From assembly GCA_019113265.1 (NCBI GenBank), contig DXHT01000001.1:1375-65374 (forward strand): a stretch of 64,000 nucleotides of DNA, read 5' to 3'. Positions within the stretch are counted from its first letter, which is position 1, and each line of letters starts with the position of its first letter. This document shows, piece after piece, positions 32,801 to 41,417 of this stretch. A program made the position numbers and the translations under genes. The DNA is from Bacillota bacterium (GTDB lineage: Bacteria > Bacillota > Clostridia > Christensenellales > Pumilibacteraceae). The notes beneath the pieces were generated by a model. It was not told the origin of the DNA. It did not search any database and saw only the letters and a program-made list of their open reading frames with translations.

Positions 32801-33468
32801 CGAGCAAGATTGTTGCGACTGGCGAAAAACTCCCCGAAGTGATCCTTACGGGCGACAATGCGGCTGAGGGCAAGAGGCTTACGGGCTGGATCGCCGAATA
32901 CGACGGAAAGAAGGTATTCGCCGACGCAGACTTCACCATGCCGGACAGCGACGTAACGCTTACGCCATACGTCACCCTCGGCTGGGAATACGGCAAAGAA
33001 TACGGCGGCGGCGTGCTCGACCTTTCCGAAGACAGGACGGTAACCGAAGGCACTCAGTTGTTCGCGCAGAGCTTTATTTCAAATATTACCGTCGATTCCG
33101 CGTCGATAAGCGGCAGATATATTCTTAACGGAGATAAAGTGGGAACGGAGTATTCGTTCACCGGTCAGGCAAACGAGTATTTCAGACTTGTACGCGCCTG
33201 CGTGGTGAATCCTTCCAACGAACGCACGATAACCTACACTATTAAAAACACGGGAAATACGGCGGTTTCGTTCATAGCGCACCAGGTCAATTCGGGCGCA
33301 GATACAAGCTCCGCGCCCGCAAGCGGCGTTATAACTCTTGACCCGAACGATGAAGAGACGTTCAGCTTGACGTTCAAGTATTCCAATCAGAACGTGATGT
33401 TGCTTATAACTCTTCAACAGGCGGCGACCAACGCCAGAATATGGGTGAGCGCGGAGATCTCCGACTGA
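26824..33468 (+). CDS. giant membrane-threaded glycoside hydrolase family 3 protein with C-terminal Flg_new-like / Ig-like / CBM-like modules
   Basis: 2214 aa. Signal-anchor, then GH3 C-domain motifs (GDILVGNVNPSGRLSDTF, PFGYGMSYTTF), an Fn3-like module, then the GH3 catalytic domain (GLNMHRSPYGGRNFEYFSED, nucleophile context GFAVTDY). Two internal TM segments at 29815-29910 and 30154-30228 flank a Gly/Ser/Ala-rich loop. About 1080 aa of beta-rich repeats follow. Confidence 0.85.
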   Translation: MKKAYFALICKILVIVFALSTALIFTASGIMLENASAVSGFFNAQTQIVYEEDDGEERDSIYYKTQFNSVAEVIANGEELCEEVVAEGAVLLKNDNNALPLNKGGKVTLYGAGSTNIVIGGGGSSVTGASSVNLKDALEDSSVGLDVNDDMYNWYSSHTEYGRKTGTGIGARSTIGEAPWSVLPGAKTAEADAAIFVVTRTGSEDADAYLNSGDNSDMTNGNYLALSPAERDVLTNLKALKGTAFNKIIMILNTTNQVELNFADSEELGIDSILWCGSLGSTGTRAVGDILVGNVNPSGRLSDTFWANHRYNPVNANFGDYTFGGTMADGGDPENLAIYDYGTTYRVGYVVYQEGIYVGYRYTETRYEDYVTGSGNAGDYDYSEVVAYPFGYGMSYTTFGYSSPTFSYDAETDVYTVSVTVTNTGNTAGKETVQVYAQKPYTDYDMTHGVEKAAVELVGFAKTGMLEGGVNASETVSIEVPGEYLAAYDSNGKGTYIAEEGDHYLTIARDAHDAANNILAAKGYTPENTAGRMDTAGDASLAYEITLGDGSAGFDFDSDGVDAEKYSVADTGAEIVNRFDYADINRYENRGDNSVTYVSRKDWNGTVKFGIGDSNTVLDNHVKLILNAALESDLREEKFQKAPEDDIAYPTYGSTKTAYTLMDLRAWGDGDDDPTNDEPIPYDDSMWDDLLDQLTWEDTVKFLSCGERMTSAIDTIAKPQTIDHNGAVGVNQRFNNNEKVNRGFAVTKNDPDKNEYPSAYPCNGIAAATFNVELMTKYGEAWGEDALWAGYAGLYGPGLNMHRSPYGGRNFEYFSEDSVLAGKMCSALSEAIEAKGIYVYLKHPLLNDQEEGRRTISTWANEQTIREIYARPFEICIEEGGTSNIMTGLNKIGPTNNIFTGFVDDLFRGEFGMEGFAVTDYMHNAQSQVMPVAHLYGVDIPDRDYSTMGAYVGYETGHGALAWAMRESVHHVLYTVVHSAAMNGMTANTRIITIKPDWQYILNMFTWLSVTLLIASVLLLATCYAFPWVTDKVKALLSRSKANGAGNDNGGTGGGTNAPNGSAPDSGAGGSGSVADTGANVGADSAVKAKSAPKQSGSVSAEAYMSRKDPFYVWIIRAVIVAALIVAVIVQSVLLTDGVRENRRLIQELTGYNAGRVYEQNGGEGVKSNVFEAEALAFSGSVYDGETDTGHACAPIALTVSGKYSGGVAVGGLAVPEGAEKNTLTLKVVSDKKVRITMSVRVVTATAETPFAEGYTVSANGKTPRNMADAVVGARSAVGELADVGLVIDLEAGENTVVFTAESNAFAIDRVDMQTSAALTEFAPQSWDMSGFAVTQAPTDDAGGVISVADDHATASYDIPSVFAGVASGVYGTVTDGDKISVRLGSTSVEVNSRSAEPHTLTLDTDNVTFADGSKTKELAIFSKMPEVVANLPEGSELIGWYDASDWTKVYGMTDFVMFDYAVTLVPVIEDGNYAVEVSDDPQQVCLNPAKKDGITPIRTDLGEGFDMLNLRDGMTTEAMPGNGAGTAGTVYNYNGSIGQGWSFLTMNACDYTENGTKSLIYVYENKGDTTVSFDVWQTGSSSAPKAEGNPHMSVTLAPGEWTRFVMSFIFNNNNLLTYHEFTAPTSDLRLACAQYIVKGEYVLRPSESSVLSSVEYSGSYKSAYYAGESFDATGLTLTAKFTDGTDLVLSEGEFDISPETISDGQEYVTVSYTHGNVTRSVNVPVRVVEKDSSYNVTITGGASFTDGMTETIVTAGDALPEVVLTGENAETGKRLVGWVVNNGGEYSFAKADEFVMPQADVEITPYVTLGWEYGKEYGGGVLDLSEDKIIVAPGDQNFNQSFVSNITVDSASISGRYVINGDKVGTEYSFTGQTGEYFRLVRACTVRPDTMRTISYRIRNNGEEAVSFTAHQVNSGVNTDGAPSSGSITLQPNEETTFDLSFAYNNENVMLLITLDADANDATLWMSAEISDPQYVNTATITGGAQFADGTTSKIVATGEKLPEVILTGDNAAEGKRLTGWIAEYDGKKVFADADFTMPDSDVTLTPYVTLGWEYGKEYGGGVLDLSEDRTVTEGTQLFAQSFISNITVDSASISGRYILNGDKVGTEYSFTGQANEYFRLVRACVVNPSNERTITYTIKNTGNTAVSFIAHQVNSGADTSSAPASGVITLDPNDEETFSLTFKYSNQNVMLLITLQQAATNARIWVSAEISD
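32026..32748 (+). repeat. tandem coding repeat unit 1 (241 aa) within the GH3 gene
   Basis: Unit starts YNVTITGGASFTDG and ends LWMSAEISDPQ. It is collinear with unit 2 and shares long near-identical nucleotide runs (e.g. TTTCAAATATTACCGTCGATTCCGCGTCGATAAGCGGCAGATA). Confidence 0.9.
32749..33465 (+). repeat. tandem coding repeat unit 2 (239 aa) within the GH3 gene
   Basis: Unit starts YVNTATITGGAQFADG and ends IWVSAEISD. Same module order as unit 1. Confidence 0.9.
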
Positions 33469-33559
33469 CGCTCCTCGGCGCCCCGCTTAAAAGTCGGCGG
33501 GCAGGATAAGAAGATATACGGCGAAAGTCGGTATCGAACAATATATCCCATCACATCGT

Positions 33560-33599
33560 CCGTGCGGAAAGGAAACACCTTTCCGCACGGATATTTTTA
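33560..33599 (+). terminator. intrinsic terminator after the GH3 gene
   Basis: 13-bp stem CCGTGCGGAAAGG/CCTTTCCGCACGG, 5-nt loop, then ATATTTTTA. Confidence 0.7.
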
Positions 33600-33751
33600 T
33601 ATGCGGGCGCGAACGGAGAAAAACCTCGCTTAAAAAGGTATAAAAAGACTGAACGTTCGCTTAAATTAAGTTGACAAAATCCGCTTGCTTTGTTATTATA
33701 TATAGAACAAAAATTGTATGGCGGCGCATATACCGTCCGCTGCGAGAGGAA

Positions 33752-34744
33752 ATGGATTACAGGAAGCTCACCTACGAGATAGAGGATAAATATCTTTCTC
33801 CGTATGCGCAGAAGTCGGCGCAGACGAAAGGCAGGAAACGCCCGATAACGCCCTGTAATATCCGCACGGACTTTCAGCGCGACCGCGACCGTATAATTCA
33901 CTCCAAAGCGTTCAGACGCTTAAAACACAAGACTCAGGTATTTCTCGCTCCCGAGGGCGATCACTATCGCACGCGACTGACGCACACTCTCGAAGTGAGT
34001 CAGATAGCGCGCACGATAGCCCGCGCTCTGCGCATGAACGAGGATCTTACCGAGGCGATAGGTCTGGGGCACGATTTGGGTCACACGCCTTTCGGGCACG
34101 CGGGCGAGCGGGCACTCAGCGCGAGAATGAAGGACTTCGGCGGGTTCAGGCACGAGGCGCAGTCCGTGCGCGTTGCGGAAGTGCTGGAAAACATGAACCT
34201 CACCGAAGAGGTGCTGAACGGTATAGGCAATCACAGCCGACGCGGCGATCCCTCCACGATAGAGGGCAAGATCGTGCGGCTCAGCGATCAGATAGCATAC
34301 CTCAATCACGACGTGGACGACGCGATCCGCGCGGGCGTACTCGGTGCGCGCGATCTTCCCGCATCCGTGCTCGAAGTATTCGGGGATACGCACGGCAAGC
34401 GAATAGACGCCATGATCTCGGATATAATCGTTAGCAGCTACGGCAAGCCGACGGTCTCACCGAGCGAGCGCGCAATAGCCGTGACGGAAGAATTCCGCGA
34501 TTTCATGTTCGAGCGCGTATACTTCTCTCCCGTGGCAAAGGCGGAAGAGGGGAAAGTGGACAACGTGGTGCTGTTCGTGTTCGACCACTTTCTTAGAAAC
34601 AGGGACGAGATCCCCGAATACATAAGGGAAGCGTCCGATCTGCCCGAACGTCAGGTGTGCGACTACATATCGACGATGACGGACAACTATCTCGTCCGCA
34701 CTTTTGAACGGATATATGTGCCCAAGGGCTGGGCGATAGTATAG
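33752..34744 (+). CDS. dgt: dGTP triphosphohydrolase-like HD-domain protein
   Basis: ATG at 33752 after GAGAGGA preferred to the track start 33671, which overlaps a TTGACA/TATTAT promoter. FQRDRDRIIHS, RTRLTHTLEV and GHDLGHTPFGHAGE motifs. Confidence 0.85.
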   Translation: MDYRKLTYEIEDKYLSPYAQKSAQTKGRKRPITPCNIRTDFQRDRDRIIHSKAFRRLKHKTQVFLAPEGDHYRTRLTHTLEVSQIARTIARALRMNEDLTEAIGLGHDLGHTPFGHAGERALSARMKDFGGFRHEAQSVRVAEVLENMNLTEEVLNGIGNHSRRGDPSTIEGKIVRLSDQIAYLNHDVDDAIRAGVLGARDLPASVLEVFGDTHGKRIDAMISDIIVSSYGKPTVSPSERAIAVTEEFRDFMFERVYFSPVAKAEEGKVDNVVLFVFDHFLRNRDEIPEYIREASDLPERQVCDYISTMTDNYLVRTFERIYVPKGWAIV

Positions 34745-34752
34745 GGGATCGA

Positions 34753-36501
34753 ATGGAATTCAGTGAATTTTGCAGTCGGTTGCTCGAACGCACCGATATA
34801 GTAAAACTCATATCGCGGTATGTGACGCTTAAACGGGCAGGCAGCAGCTACAAGGCGTGCTGTCCGTTTCATAATGAGCGTACGCCGTCTTTCAGCGTCG
34901 ATCCGAATAAACAGCTATATCACTGTTTCGGTTGCGGCAAGGGCGGCAACGCCATAACCTTCGTGCGCGACATAGAGAATATAGACACGATAGACGCCAT
35001 TAAAATGCTTGCGGACGAGGCGCATATGGAGCTGCCTCAGTTCGAGCGTAGCGGAAAGCGCGGGATAGACAAGGAAAAGCGGCTTCGTCTTTACGCTCTC
35101 ATGCGCGACGCGGCAAGGCATTACAACGCCAACCTCTCGTCGCCGAGGGCGCAGGCAGCGCGCGACTATATACAGATGCGGAAGCTCCCGCCCAACATAG
35201 TGACGCGTTTCGGTCTCGGGTATTCGATAGACTTTACCGAGATAATAACCCACCTTAAAGGCAAGGGATACACCGAAGCGGAGATGAAAGAGGCGGGGCT
35301 TATAGATCGGACGGCGGACAAGTGGTACGACGTATTCCACGGCAGACTTATATTCCCGATAATAAGCAATACGGGCGAAGTAGTCGCGTTCGGGGGCAGA
35401 GCTCTCAGAAAGGACGTTCCCGCAAAGTACCGCAACTCCACGCAGACGGAGATATTCGACAAGAGCCGCACGGTATACGCACTCAACCTGCTCAAAAAGA
35501 AGCGCAGGACGGGACCTCTGCCGTACGTGATAATGTGCGAGGGATATATGGACGTCATCGCACTGCACAAAGCGGGGTTCGACACCGCCGTGGCGAGCAT
35601 GGGAACGTCGCTGACTTATCAGCAGGCAAAACAGCTCAAAAACTACTCGGATAAGGTGATCATAAGCTACGATGGCGACACGGCGGGGCAGAAAGCGACA
35701 ATGCGCGGTCTGGAAATATTGCGCGAAAACGGGCTTACCGTCAAAGTCGCGCGTATGCCCGACGGCAAAGACCCCGACGAGATAATAAACGAGCGCGGTG
35801 CGGACGCATACCGCAAGCTGCTCGAAGAGGCGTTGCCGCTGACGGCGTATAAGCTGGAAATGCTAAAAAAACAGTACGACCTGACCGACCGCGACGACAA
35901 GACGAAATATGCCGCGGAGGCGGTAAAATGCATACGCCGCCTGGAAAACCCCGTCGAGAAAGAGGAGTACCTTCAAACCGTATCCGAGGAAACGGGATAC
36001 GACATGAAAGTACTGCGCGCACAGGCCAAGGTGACGACGGGCGAAGAGGAGGGCGCGGAGCAGGAAGCGAAGCCGCCCGAGCCGCCGCCCGCGCGCGACA
36101 AGAGCGAAACGTATCTTCTTGCGGCGTACGTCGCGGGAAAACCGTACGTCGACCCGCGCGATCTTGTGGAGCTGTTCCCGGACGGGTTCGAGCGCAACCT
36201 CATAGACTCCGTGACGGACAGCCGTATGCACGGCATGAAAGACACGGCGGCTATGCTGTACACCGATCTGCCCGAGGGCGTGCATAGACTGCTACCCGAA
36301 ATAATAGAGTTCGATCTTTCGGGCACGGACGACGAAAAGATATATCGATCGTGCGTGCGTAAGCTGAAAATAAAACGGCTTGAAAAAAAGTGCGTGGAGC
36401 TTGCGGCGGCGTACGACGAAACCAAAGACGTAAAGTACCTTGAACAGACGAAAGATTGCAGGGACGCGATCAAACGTCTGAGAGAGAACGGAGGAATATA
36501 A
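34753..36501 (+). CDS. dnaG: DNA primase
   Basis: 582 aa. Zinc-ribbon CPFHNERTPSFSV......YHCFGCG, TOPRIM (EGYMDV..L...G), C-terminal helicase-interaction region. Confidence 0.95.
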   Translation: MEFSEFCSRLLERTDIVKLISRYVTLKRAGSSYKACCPFHNERTPSFSVDPNKQLYHCFGCGKGGNAITFVRDIENIDTIDAIKMLADEAHMELPQFERSGKRGIDKEKRLRLYALMRDAARHYNANLSSPRAQAARDYIQMRKLPPNIVTRFGLGYSIDFTEIITHLKGKGYTEAEMKEAGLIDRTADKWYDVFHGRLIFPIISNTGEVVAFGGRALRKDVPAKYRNSTQTEIFDKSRTVYALNLLKKKRRTGPLPYVIMCEGYMDVIALHKAGFDTAVASMGTSLTYQQAKQLKNYSDKVIISYDGDTAGQKATMRGLEILRENGLTVKVARMPDGKDPDEIINERGADAYRKLLEEALPLTAYKLEMLKKQYDLTDRDDKTKYAAEAVKCIRRLENPVEKEEYLQTVSEETGYDMKVLRAQAKVTTGEEEGAEQEAKPPEPPPARDKSETYLLAAYVAGKPYVDPRDLVELFPDGFERNLIDSVTDSRMHGMKDTAAMLYTDLPEGVHRLLPEIIEFDLSGTDDEKIYRSCVRKLKIKRLEKKCVELAAAYDETKDVKYLEQTKDCRDAIKRLRENGGI

Positions 36502-37635
36502 ATGAACGAAAACGAAACGACGGCAAAGAGCGAAGAGCAGGCACAGCAGCCTGCGGAGCGCAAGCCGCTCAGTGAAAAGATCCGCAAGGAAGTCAACAGG
36601 CTGATAGCAGTCGGTAAGCACCGCGGCAGCGTGACTTACGACGAAGTGGGCGAAAAGATCGCAATAGGCTGCGACGCGACGGTAAGCGAGATCGAAGAAG
36701 TTCTCCGTATACTCGAAGAGAACAATATCGAGGTAAAGGACACCAAGATAGACATCGTCAAGGACGATTCTCTGGACAAGCTGATAAGCGACGCGTCCAT
36801 TTCGTCCGACGACCCGGTTAAAGTGTATCTTAAAGACATAGGCAAGGTGCCCCTTCTTACGGGCAACGAGGAAGTGGAGCTTGCTCAGAAGATGGCGGAG
36901 GGCGACGAAGCCGCCAAGGCGCGCCTTTCAGAGGCTAACCTGCGACTCGTCGTGTCCATAGCGAAGCGCTATGTAGGGCGCGGCATGCTCTTTCTCGACC
37001 TCATTCAGGAGGGCAACCTCGGTCTGATGAAGGCAGTCGAGAAGTTCGACTACACCAAGGGCTTCCGTTTCTCGACGTATGCGACGTGGTGGATACGCCA
37101 GGCGATCACCCGTGCGATAGCCGATCAGGCGCGCACCATCCGTATCCCCGTGCATATGGTGGAAACGATAAACAAGCTCACGCGCACGACGCGCCTGCTC
37201 GTTCAGGCTCTCAACCGCGATCCCACTCCCGCCGAGATAGGCAAGGAAATGGGCATAAGCGAAGACAAGGTGCGCGAGATACAGAAGATCGCGCAGGATC
37301 CCGTATCCCTCGATACGCCCATAGGCGAGGAAGAGGACAGCCACCTCGGCGACTTCCTCGAAGACACGCACGCATCCAGCCCTCAGGATCAGGCGACTAC
37401 TACCATGCTCAAAGAGGAGCTTATGAGCGTTCTCGAAACGCTCACCCCGCGCGAGCAGGCGGTCATCAGACTGCGTTACGGCATAGACGGATCGCACCCC
37501 CGTACTCTCGAAGAGGTAGGCAAGCGGTTCGGCGTCACGCGTGAAAGAATAAGACAGATAGAGGCAAAGGCACTGCGCAAACTGCGCAACCCCGCGCGAA
37601 GCAAACGCCTTAAAAGCTATTATTCCGAATCTTGA
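36502..37635 (+). CDS. rpoD: RNA polymerase primary sigma factor
   Basis: 377 aa. Region 2 ([14 protein letters not shown]), region 3 and region 4 ([20 protein letters not shown]). Directly follows dnaG. Confidence 0.95.
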   Translation: MNENETTAKSEEQAQQPAERKPLSEKIRKEVNRLIAVGKHRGSVTYDEVGEKIAIGCDATVSEIEEVLRILEENNIEVKDTKIDIVKDDSLDKLISDASISSDDPVKVYLKDIGKVPLLTGNEEVELAQKMAEGDEAAKARLSEANLRLVVSIAKRYVGRGMLFLDLIQEGNLGLMKAVEKFDYTKGFRFSTYATWWIRQAITRAIADQARTIRIPVHMVETINKLTRTTRLLVQALNRDPTPAEIGKEMGISEDKVREIQKIAQDPVSLDTPIGEEEDSHLGDFLEDTHASSPQDQATTTMLKEELMSVLETLTPREQAVIRLRYGIDGSHPRTLEEVGKRFGVTRERIRQIEAKALRKLRNPARSKRLKSYYSES

Positions 37636-38243
37636 GAGGGGATGAGATAATAGCCGCCGCAGGCAGTGCGGAATTGCTTGCGGAAGTGGGCTGCGACCAC
37701 GCGAAACTCACCGAACTCGCGCTGATGCGCGGCGTGTGCAAGCGCGCCGTGGTGTCGGACATAAGCGCGGTGTGCCTTAAAAAGGCGGAGCGCACACTTG
37801 CGAGGTTCGGCGATAAGGTTACATACGTCGTTGCGGACGGAGTGCCGAAAGAAGCGGAGAGCGCGGACTGTATTCTGATCTGCGGCATGGGCGGGCACCT
37901 TGTGCGTGACATACTGCGTCGTTACGACGGCGACGCGAGGCTCGTGCTTTCTCCGCAGAGCCACGCGGAGCTTGTCAGGGCGGAGATAGCGGAGAGCGGA
38001 CGGCGCATAACCGTGGATCGTTGCATAAGGTCCGCAGGCAAGTATTACGACATAATAGTCTCTGAGCGCGGACACATGGACGCGCCCGACGAAATGCAGG
38101 CGGAGTTCGGCATGTTCTGGAAAGAGCCGACGGACGCGCTTATAGAAAAGCTGGAAAGGATGCGTGATAATCTCATGCAGGGCGGGGAGCGCACGAAAGC
38201 GCGCGCCGATCGCATCGGGGAGGTGCTGAAATGGCGGAAATAA
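37632..38243 (+). CDS. trmK: tRNA (adenine(22)-N1)-methyltransferase TrmK-like
   Basis: 203 aa, TTG start overlapping the rpoD stop (start uncertain). [11 protein letters not shown] and ICGMGG motifs as in YqfN/TrmK. Conserved position after sigA and before nif3. Confidence 0.7.
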   Translation: MRGDEIIAAAGSAELLAEVGCDHAKLTELALMRGVCKRAVVSDISAVCLKKAERTLARFGDKVTYVVADGVPKEAESADCILICGMGGHLVRDILRRYDGDARLVLSPQSHAELVRAEIAESGRRITVDRCIRSAGKYYDIIVSERGHMDAPDEMQAEFGMFWKEPTDALIEKLERMRDNLMQGGERTKARADRIGEVLKWRK

Positions 38244-39037
38244 AACGATTGCTTTCTCTTATGCGCGACCTTGCTCCCGAAAGCGAAACGGAGCCGGGAT
38301 TCGACGACAGCGTGGGACTGCTCGTAGGCAGTGAAAGCGGAAAGACGCGCGGCGCGCTCCTCTGTCTGGACTGCACGGAGAGCGTGGTGCGCGAAGCCGC
38401 CGACAAGGGCTACTCTCTCGTCATATCCCATCACCCCGCGATATTCCGCGGCATTTCGCGCGTTACGGACGACACCCCGACGGGCAGAATGATACTTGCG
38501 GCTGCGCGCGCGGGCATAAGCGTGTACAGCGCGCACACCAATCTCGATTTTTGCGAAGGCGGCATAAACGACTATGCGGCGGAGCTGCTCGGACTTTCGG
38601 ACGTGCGCCCCATCTATGCGGAAGAGGGCGTACGCGTGGGAAGAATGGGCGAGATAACGCCCGTAAGCGCGCGCACGCTTGCGAAAAAGTGCGCGAAAAT
38701 ATTCGGAGATGAGCGCGCGGCAGTCGCGGGAGACGAATATAAACAGGTAAAGACCGTTGCCATAGTATGCGGAGGCGGAGGAAGCATAGATCTTCTTGAA
38801 CTTGCCGCAAACAAGGGCGCGGATTGTTACATAACGGGCGACGTGCCTCATCACGTCGCGCTGTACGCTCGGGAGTGCGGCACGCCCATAGTGGTGCTCA
38901 GTCACTACCGAGCGGAAAGAATATATATGAAACGGCTCGGCGAGTTGCTCTCCGAACGCGCGGCGCGCGAGCGCATGGACGCGGCGATCGAAGTGAGCGA
39001 AACGGAGTGCGATCCCGTCCGTACGGAGGAATTATGA
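38231..39037 (+). CDS. Nif3-like dinuclear metal-centre protein (YqfO family)
   Basis: 268 aa. LVISHHPAIFRG and SAHTNLD motifs. Confidence 0.85.
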   Translation: MAEIKRLLSLMRDLAPESETEPGFDDSVGLLVGSESGKTRGALLCLDCTESVVREAADKGYSLVISHHPAIFRGISRVTDDTPTGRMILAAARAGISVYSAHTNLDFCEGGINDYAAELLGLSDVRPIYAEEGVRVGRMGEITPVSARTLAKKCAKIFGDERAAVAGDEYKQVKTVAIVCGGGGSIDLLELAANKGADCYITGDVPHHVALYARECGTPIVVLSHYRAERIYMKRLGELLSERAARERMDAAIEVSETECDPVRTEEL

Positions 39038-39747
39038 AAGATCTCGGCAAAATATTGGAGTATCAGGAAAACGACATCGAGTTCAGAAAGATCGATGCGG
39101 AGTTCAACAAAAATCCCGACAAGAAAAAGCTGGATTCCGCAAAGAGGGATTTCGACGGCGTTCAGCGCGAGTTTTCCGCAAGCGTGACGGAAGCGGAGCG
39201 GCTGGGTAAGGAGATCGAACAGGCGTACGCCGAGTCAAAAGCGGCGGCAGCGAGGATAGACGAGCTCGAAAAGGCGTTTATGGCGGCGGAAACGGACGAG
39301 GCGAAAGCCGCGCTCCTTCCCGCCATGGAAACGGAGAAATCTAGGCTGGACAGTTGTCGCAACAAAGTGGTCAACAACATAGACCGCATAAAGAAGCTGC
39401 TCGTATCCTGCTCGCAGAAACAGCACGAAAAGAAGAAGATAAAGGAAACTTACGACAACATAAAGGCAACGCTTCAAAAGCAGCTCGAAACGATACAGCC
39501 TCGGCGCGAAGCTCTCAAAAAGCGCATGGGCGAACTGCGCGAAGAGGTGGATCCCGAGCTTATGGAGGTATACGCCAGAGCGAAAAAGGACGGTATGGCT
39601 CCTCCCGTGTTCGTCGCTGCGATAAGAAACGGAGACGAGTGGTCGTGCATATGCGGAATGCGCCTTTCTCCGGGTAGCGTGAGCAAACTCAAAAACGACG
39701 GCATATACAGGTGTGACACTTGTCGCCGCATTCTGTATATAAAATAA
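39034..39747 (+). CDS. coiled-coil protein with C-terminal C4 zinc ribbon (COG1579-like, Nif3-associated)
   Basis: ATG at 39034 (ATGA overlap) preferred to the track start 38824. Long heptad-rich region. C-terminal C.CG...........C..CRRILY zinc ribbon. Confidence 0.7.
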   Translation: MKDLGKILEYQENDIEFRKIDAEFNKNPDKKKLDSAKRDFDGVQREFSASVTEAERLGKEIEQAYAESKAAAARIDELEKAFMAAETDEAKAALLPAMETEKSRLDSCRNKVVNNIDRIKKLLVSCSQKQHEKKKIKETYDNIKATLQKQLETIQPRREALKKRMGELREEVDPELMEVYARAKKDGMAPPVFVAAIRNGDEWSCICGMRLSPGSVSKLKNDGIYRCDTCRRILYIK

Positions 39748-39760
39748 TAAGGGGGCTAAG

Positions 39761-40633
39761 ATGGTAAGGAAGGGAGTTATTCTTTGCGGAGGACAGGGAA
39801 CGCGGTTTTTGCCCGCGACGAAAGCCCTGCCCAAAGAGATGTTGCCGGTCGTGGATACGCCCGTGCTGCAATACATAGTGGACGAGATGATAGACAGCGG
39901 AGTGACGGATATATGTATCGTCATTTCGCCCGGAAAGGAGGAGATAGTGCGCTATTTCTCTCCCAAGGGCAAGCTGGAAAAGACATTACATAAAAAGGGC
40001 GACGAACGCGGACTTGCCGCGTTAAGACGCATAAACCGCGGCGCGAGATTTATTTTTGCCGTGCAGAAGACGCCGCGCGGCATGGCGGACGCGCTCCTTA
40101 AAGCGCGCGAGTTCGTGGGCGGCGATCCGTTCGTACTCTCGACGGGAGACGATCTCGTCCGCGCGGACAGACCCGTTTCCGCTCAGCTCATTTCCGCATT
40201 CGACAAGGGGTGCGACGCCGTGATAGGCGGTCAGATGGTAAGTGCGGACAAAATACACCTTTACGGCAGTGCGAAACTGGGTGGCAATCTTTTCGGAGAC
40301 CCGCGCGCCTACGCCTGCGAGGGTATTGTGGAAAAGCCCAAGACCCCCGAGGAAGCGCCCAGCCTGTTTGCCGCGCTGGGAAGATACGTGCTCACTCCTC
40401 GGATCTTCGAGAAAATATCCAAAATAACGCCGGACAAAAAGGGCGAGTTGCAGGTGACGGACGCGCTCAAACTGCTGTGCGCCGACGGCAACGTGTGTGC
40501 GTATGACTTTGAGGGCTATCGGTACGACATGGGCAGTAAGGCGGGCGCGGTGCAGGCGACTATAAGCTACGCTTTGCGTCACCCCGAAACGAGCGAAGAA
40601 ACGGCGGCATTCATACGCTCCTTGAAGTTATGA
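39761..40633 (+). CDS. galU: UTP--glucose-1-phosphate uridylyltransferase
   Basis: 290 aa. GGQGTRFLPATKALPKEMLPVVD signature. Confidence 0.9.
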   Translation: MVRKGVILCGGQGTRFLPATKALPKEMLPVVDTPVLQYIVDEMIDSGVTDICIVISPGKEEIVRYFSPKGKLEKTLHKKGDERGLAALRRINRGARFIFAVQKTPRGMADALLKAREFVGGDPFVLSTGDDLVRADRPVSAQLISAFDKGCDAVIGGQMVSADKIHLYGSAKLGGNLFGDPRAYACEGIVEKPKTPEEAPSLFAALGRYVLTPRIFEKISKITPDKKGELQVTDALKLLCADGNVCAYDFEGYRYDMGSKAGAVQATISYALRHPETSEETAAFIRSLKL

Positions 40634-41301
40634 TGCTTAACGCGTTTACTACCGACGGCGGTATACTCGCGCGATCGGGCGCGAAAGACTGCGACGAGAT
40701 ATTCTATGCGGGCGAGGGGCGTTTGGCAGACCCCAAAGTGACGCATTTCGTGCGGGCGGGCGGCGAAAGACGTCCGTCCGACGGCTGTTATCTGCCCTCG
40801 CTTTCCGACGGCGACGCCGTGGACGACGCGATCGACGCCTATTCTTGCGGCAGACCGCTCATTCTGACCGCCTGCGCGACGCTTGAAGAGGTGGGGACTT
40901 TCGATAAGAAGTACGGAATGACACCGATAGGCTATGCCCATAGCTGCGGGCTTCTCGGAAAAGGCTCGTTCGTTGCGGGTTGCGTGTATCTGGATAAGGA
41001 CGACATAGACCTTATCGTCTCTTCGGGAGCGCGCGTCATTCTCACTCCGTCGGACAGCTTGTGGCACGGTTGCGGCATTCCTCCTCTGCGCATGATGCGC
41101 ACGCTCGGCGCGGCAGTATCTCTCGGGACGGGTAGCGGCACGTTCAACGCGAATGCCGATCTCGTGTTCGAACAGCGGCTCATATGCCTTGCGGCAAGCG
41201 GTATCCTGTGCACTCCCGATCCCGTGCCGAAGGATTTTGCGGACTCAATGCTTCGCTCGGACGGAGTTTTACTTTCCGCAAAAGCTCACCGCGACGAATA
41301 A
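40630..41301 (+). CDS. degenerate amidohydrolase-like protein (C-terminal-half homologue, metal ligands apparently substituted)
   Basis: 223 aa, ATGA overlap with galU. Collinear with the C-terminal half of MtaD/chlorohydrolase-type amidohydrolases (..GMTPIGYAHSCGLLG......GCVYLDKDDIDLI..SGARVILTPSDS....G..P......LG..VSLGTGSG). The usual His/Asp positions read G, T and G. Confidence 0.45.
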   Translation: MMLNAFTTDGGILARSGAKDCDEIFYAGEGRLADPKVTHFVRAGGERRPSDGCYLPSLSDGDAVDDAIDAYSCGRPLILTACATLEEVGTFDKKYGMTPIGYAHSCGLLGKGSFVAGCVYLDKDDIDLIVSSGARVILTPSDSLWHGCGIPPLRMMRTLGAAVSLGTGSGTFNANADLVFEQRLICLAASGILCTPDPVPKDFADSMLRSDGVLLSAKAHRDE

Positions 41302-41327
41302 AAACGAATATGTGTGACAAAAACCGG

Positions 41328-41354
41328 ACGCGCCTTTAAGAGGCGCGTTTTTTC
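41328..41354 (+). terminator. intrinsic terminator
   Basis: ACGCGCCT-TTAAG-AGGCGCGT followed by TTTTTT. Confidence 0.75.
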
Positions 41355-41417
41355 ATGCTGAAACGAATTTAAGGAAATAATGCAATGCGAAGCGGCGTTA
41401 TAGAGTAAAATTTGCAA

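Noticed and set aside
32026-33465. Repetitive DNA that could be mistaken for a repeat array
   Set aside because: The two ~720-nt units are in frame inside one long ORF and encode protein modules. They are not a CRISPR or satellite array.
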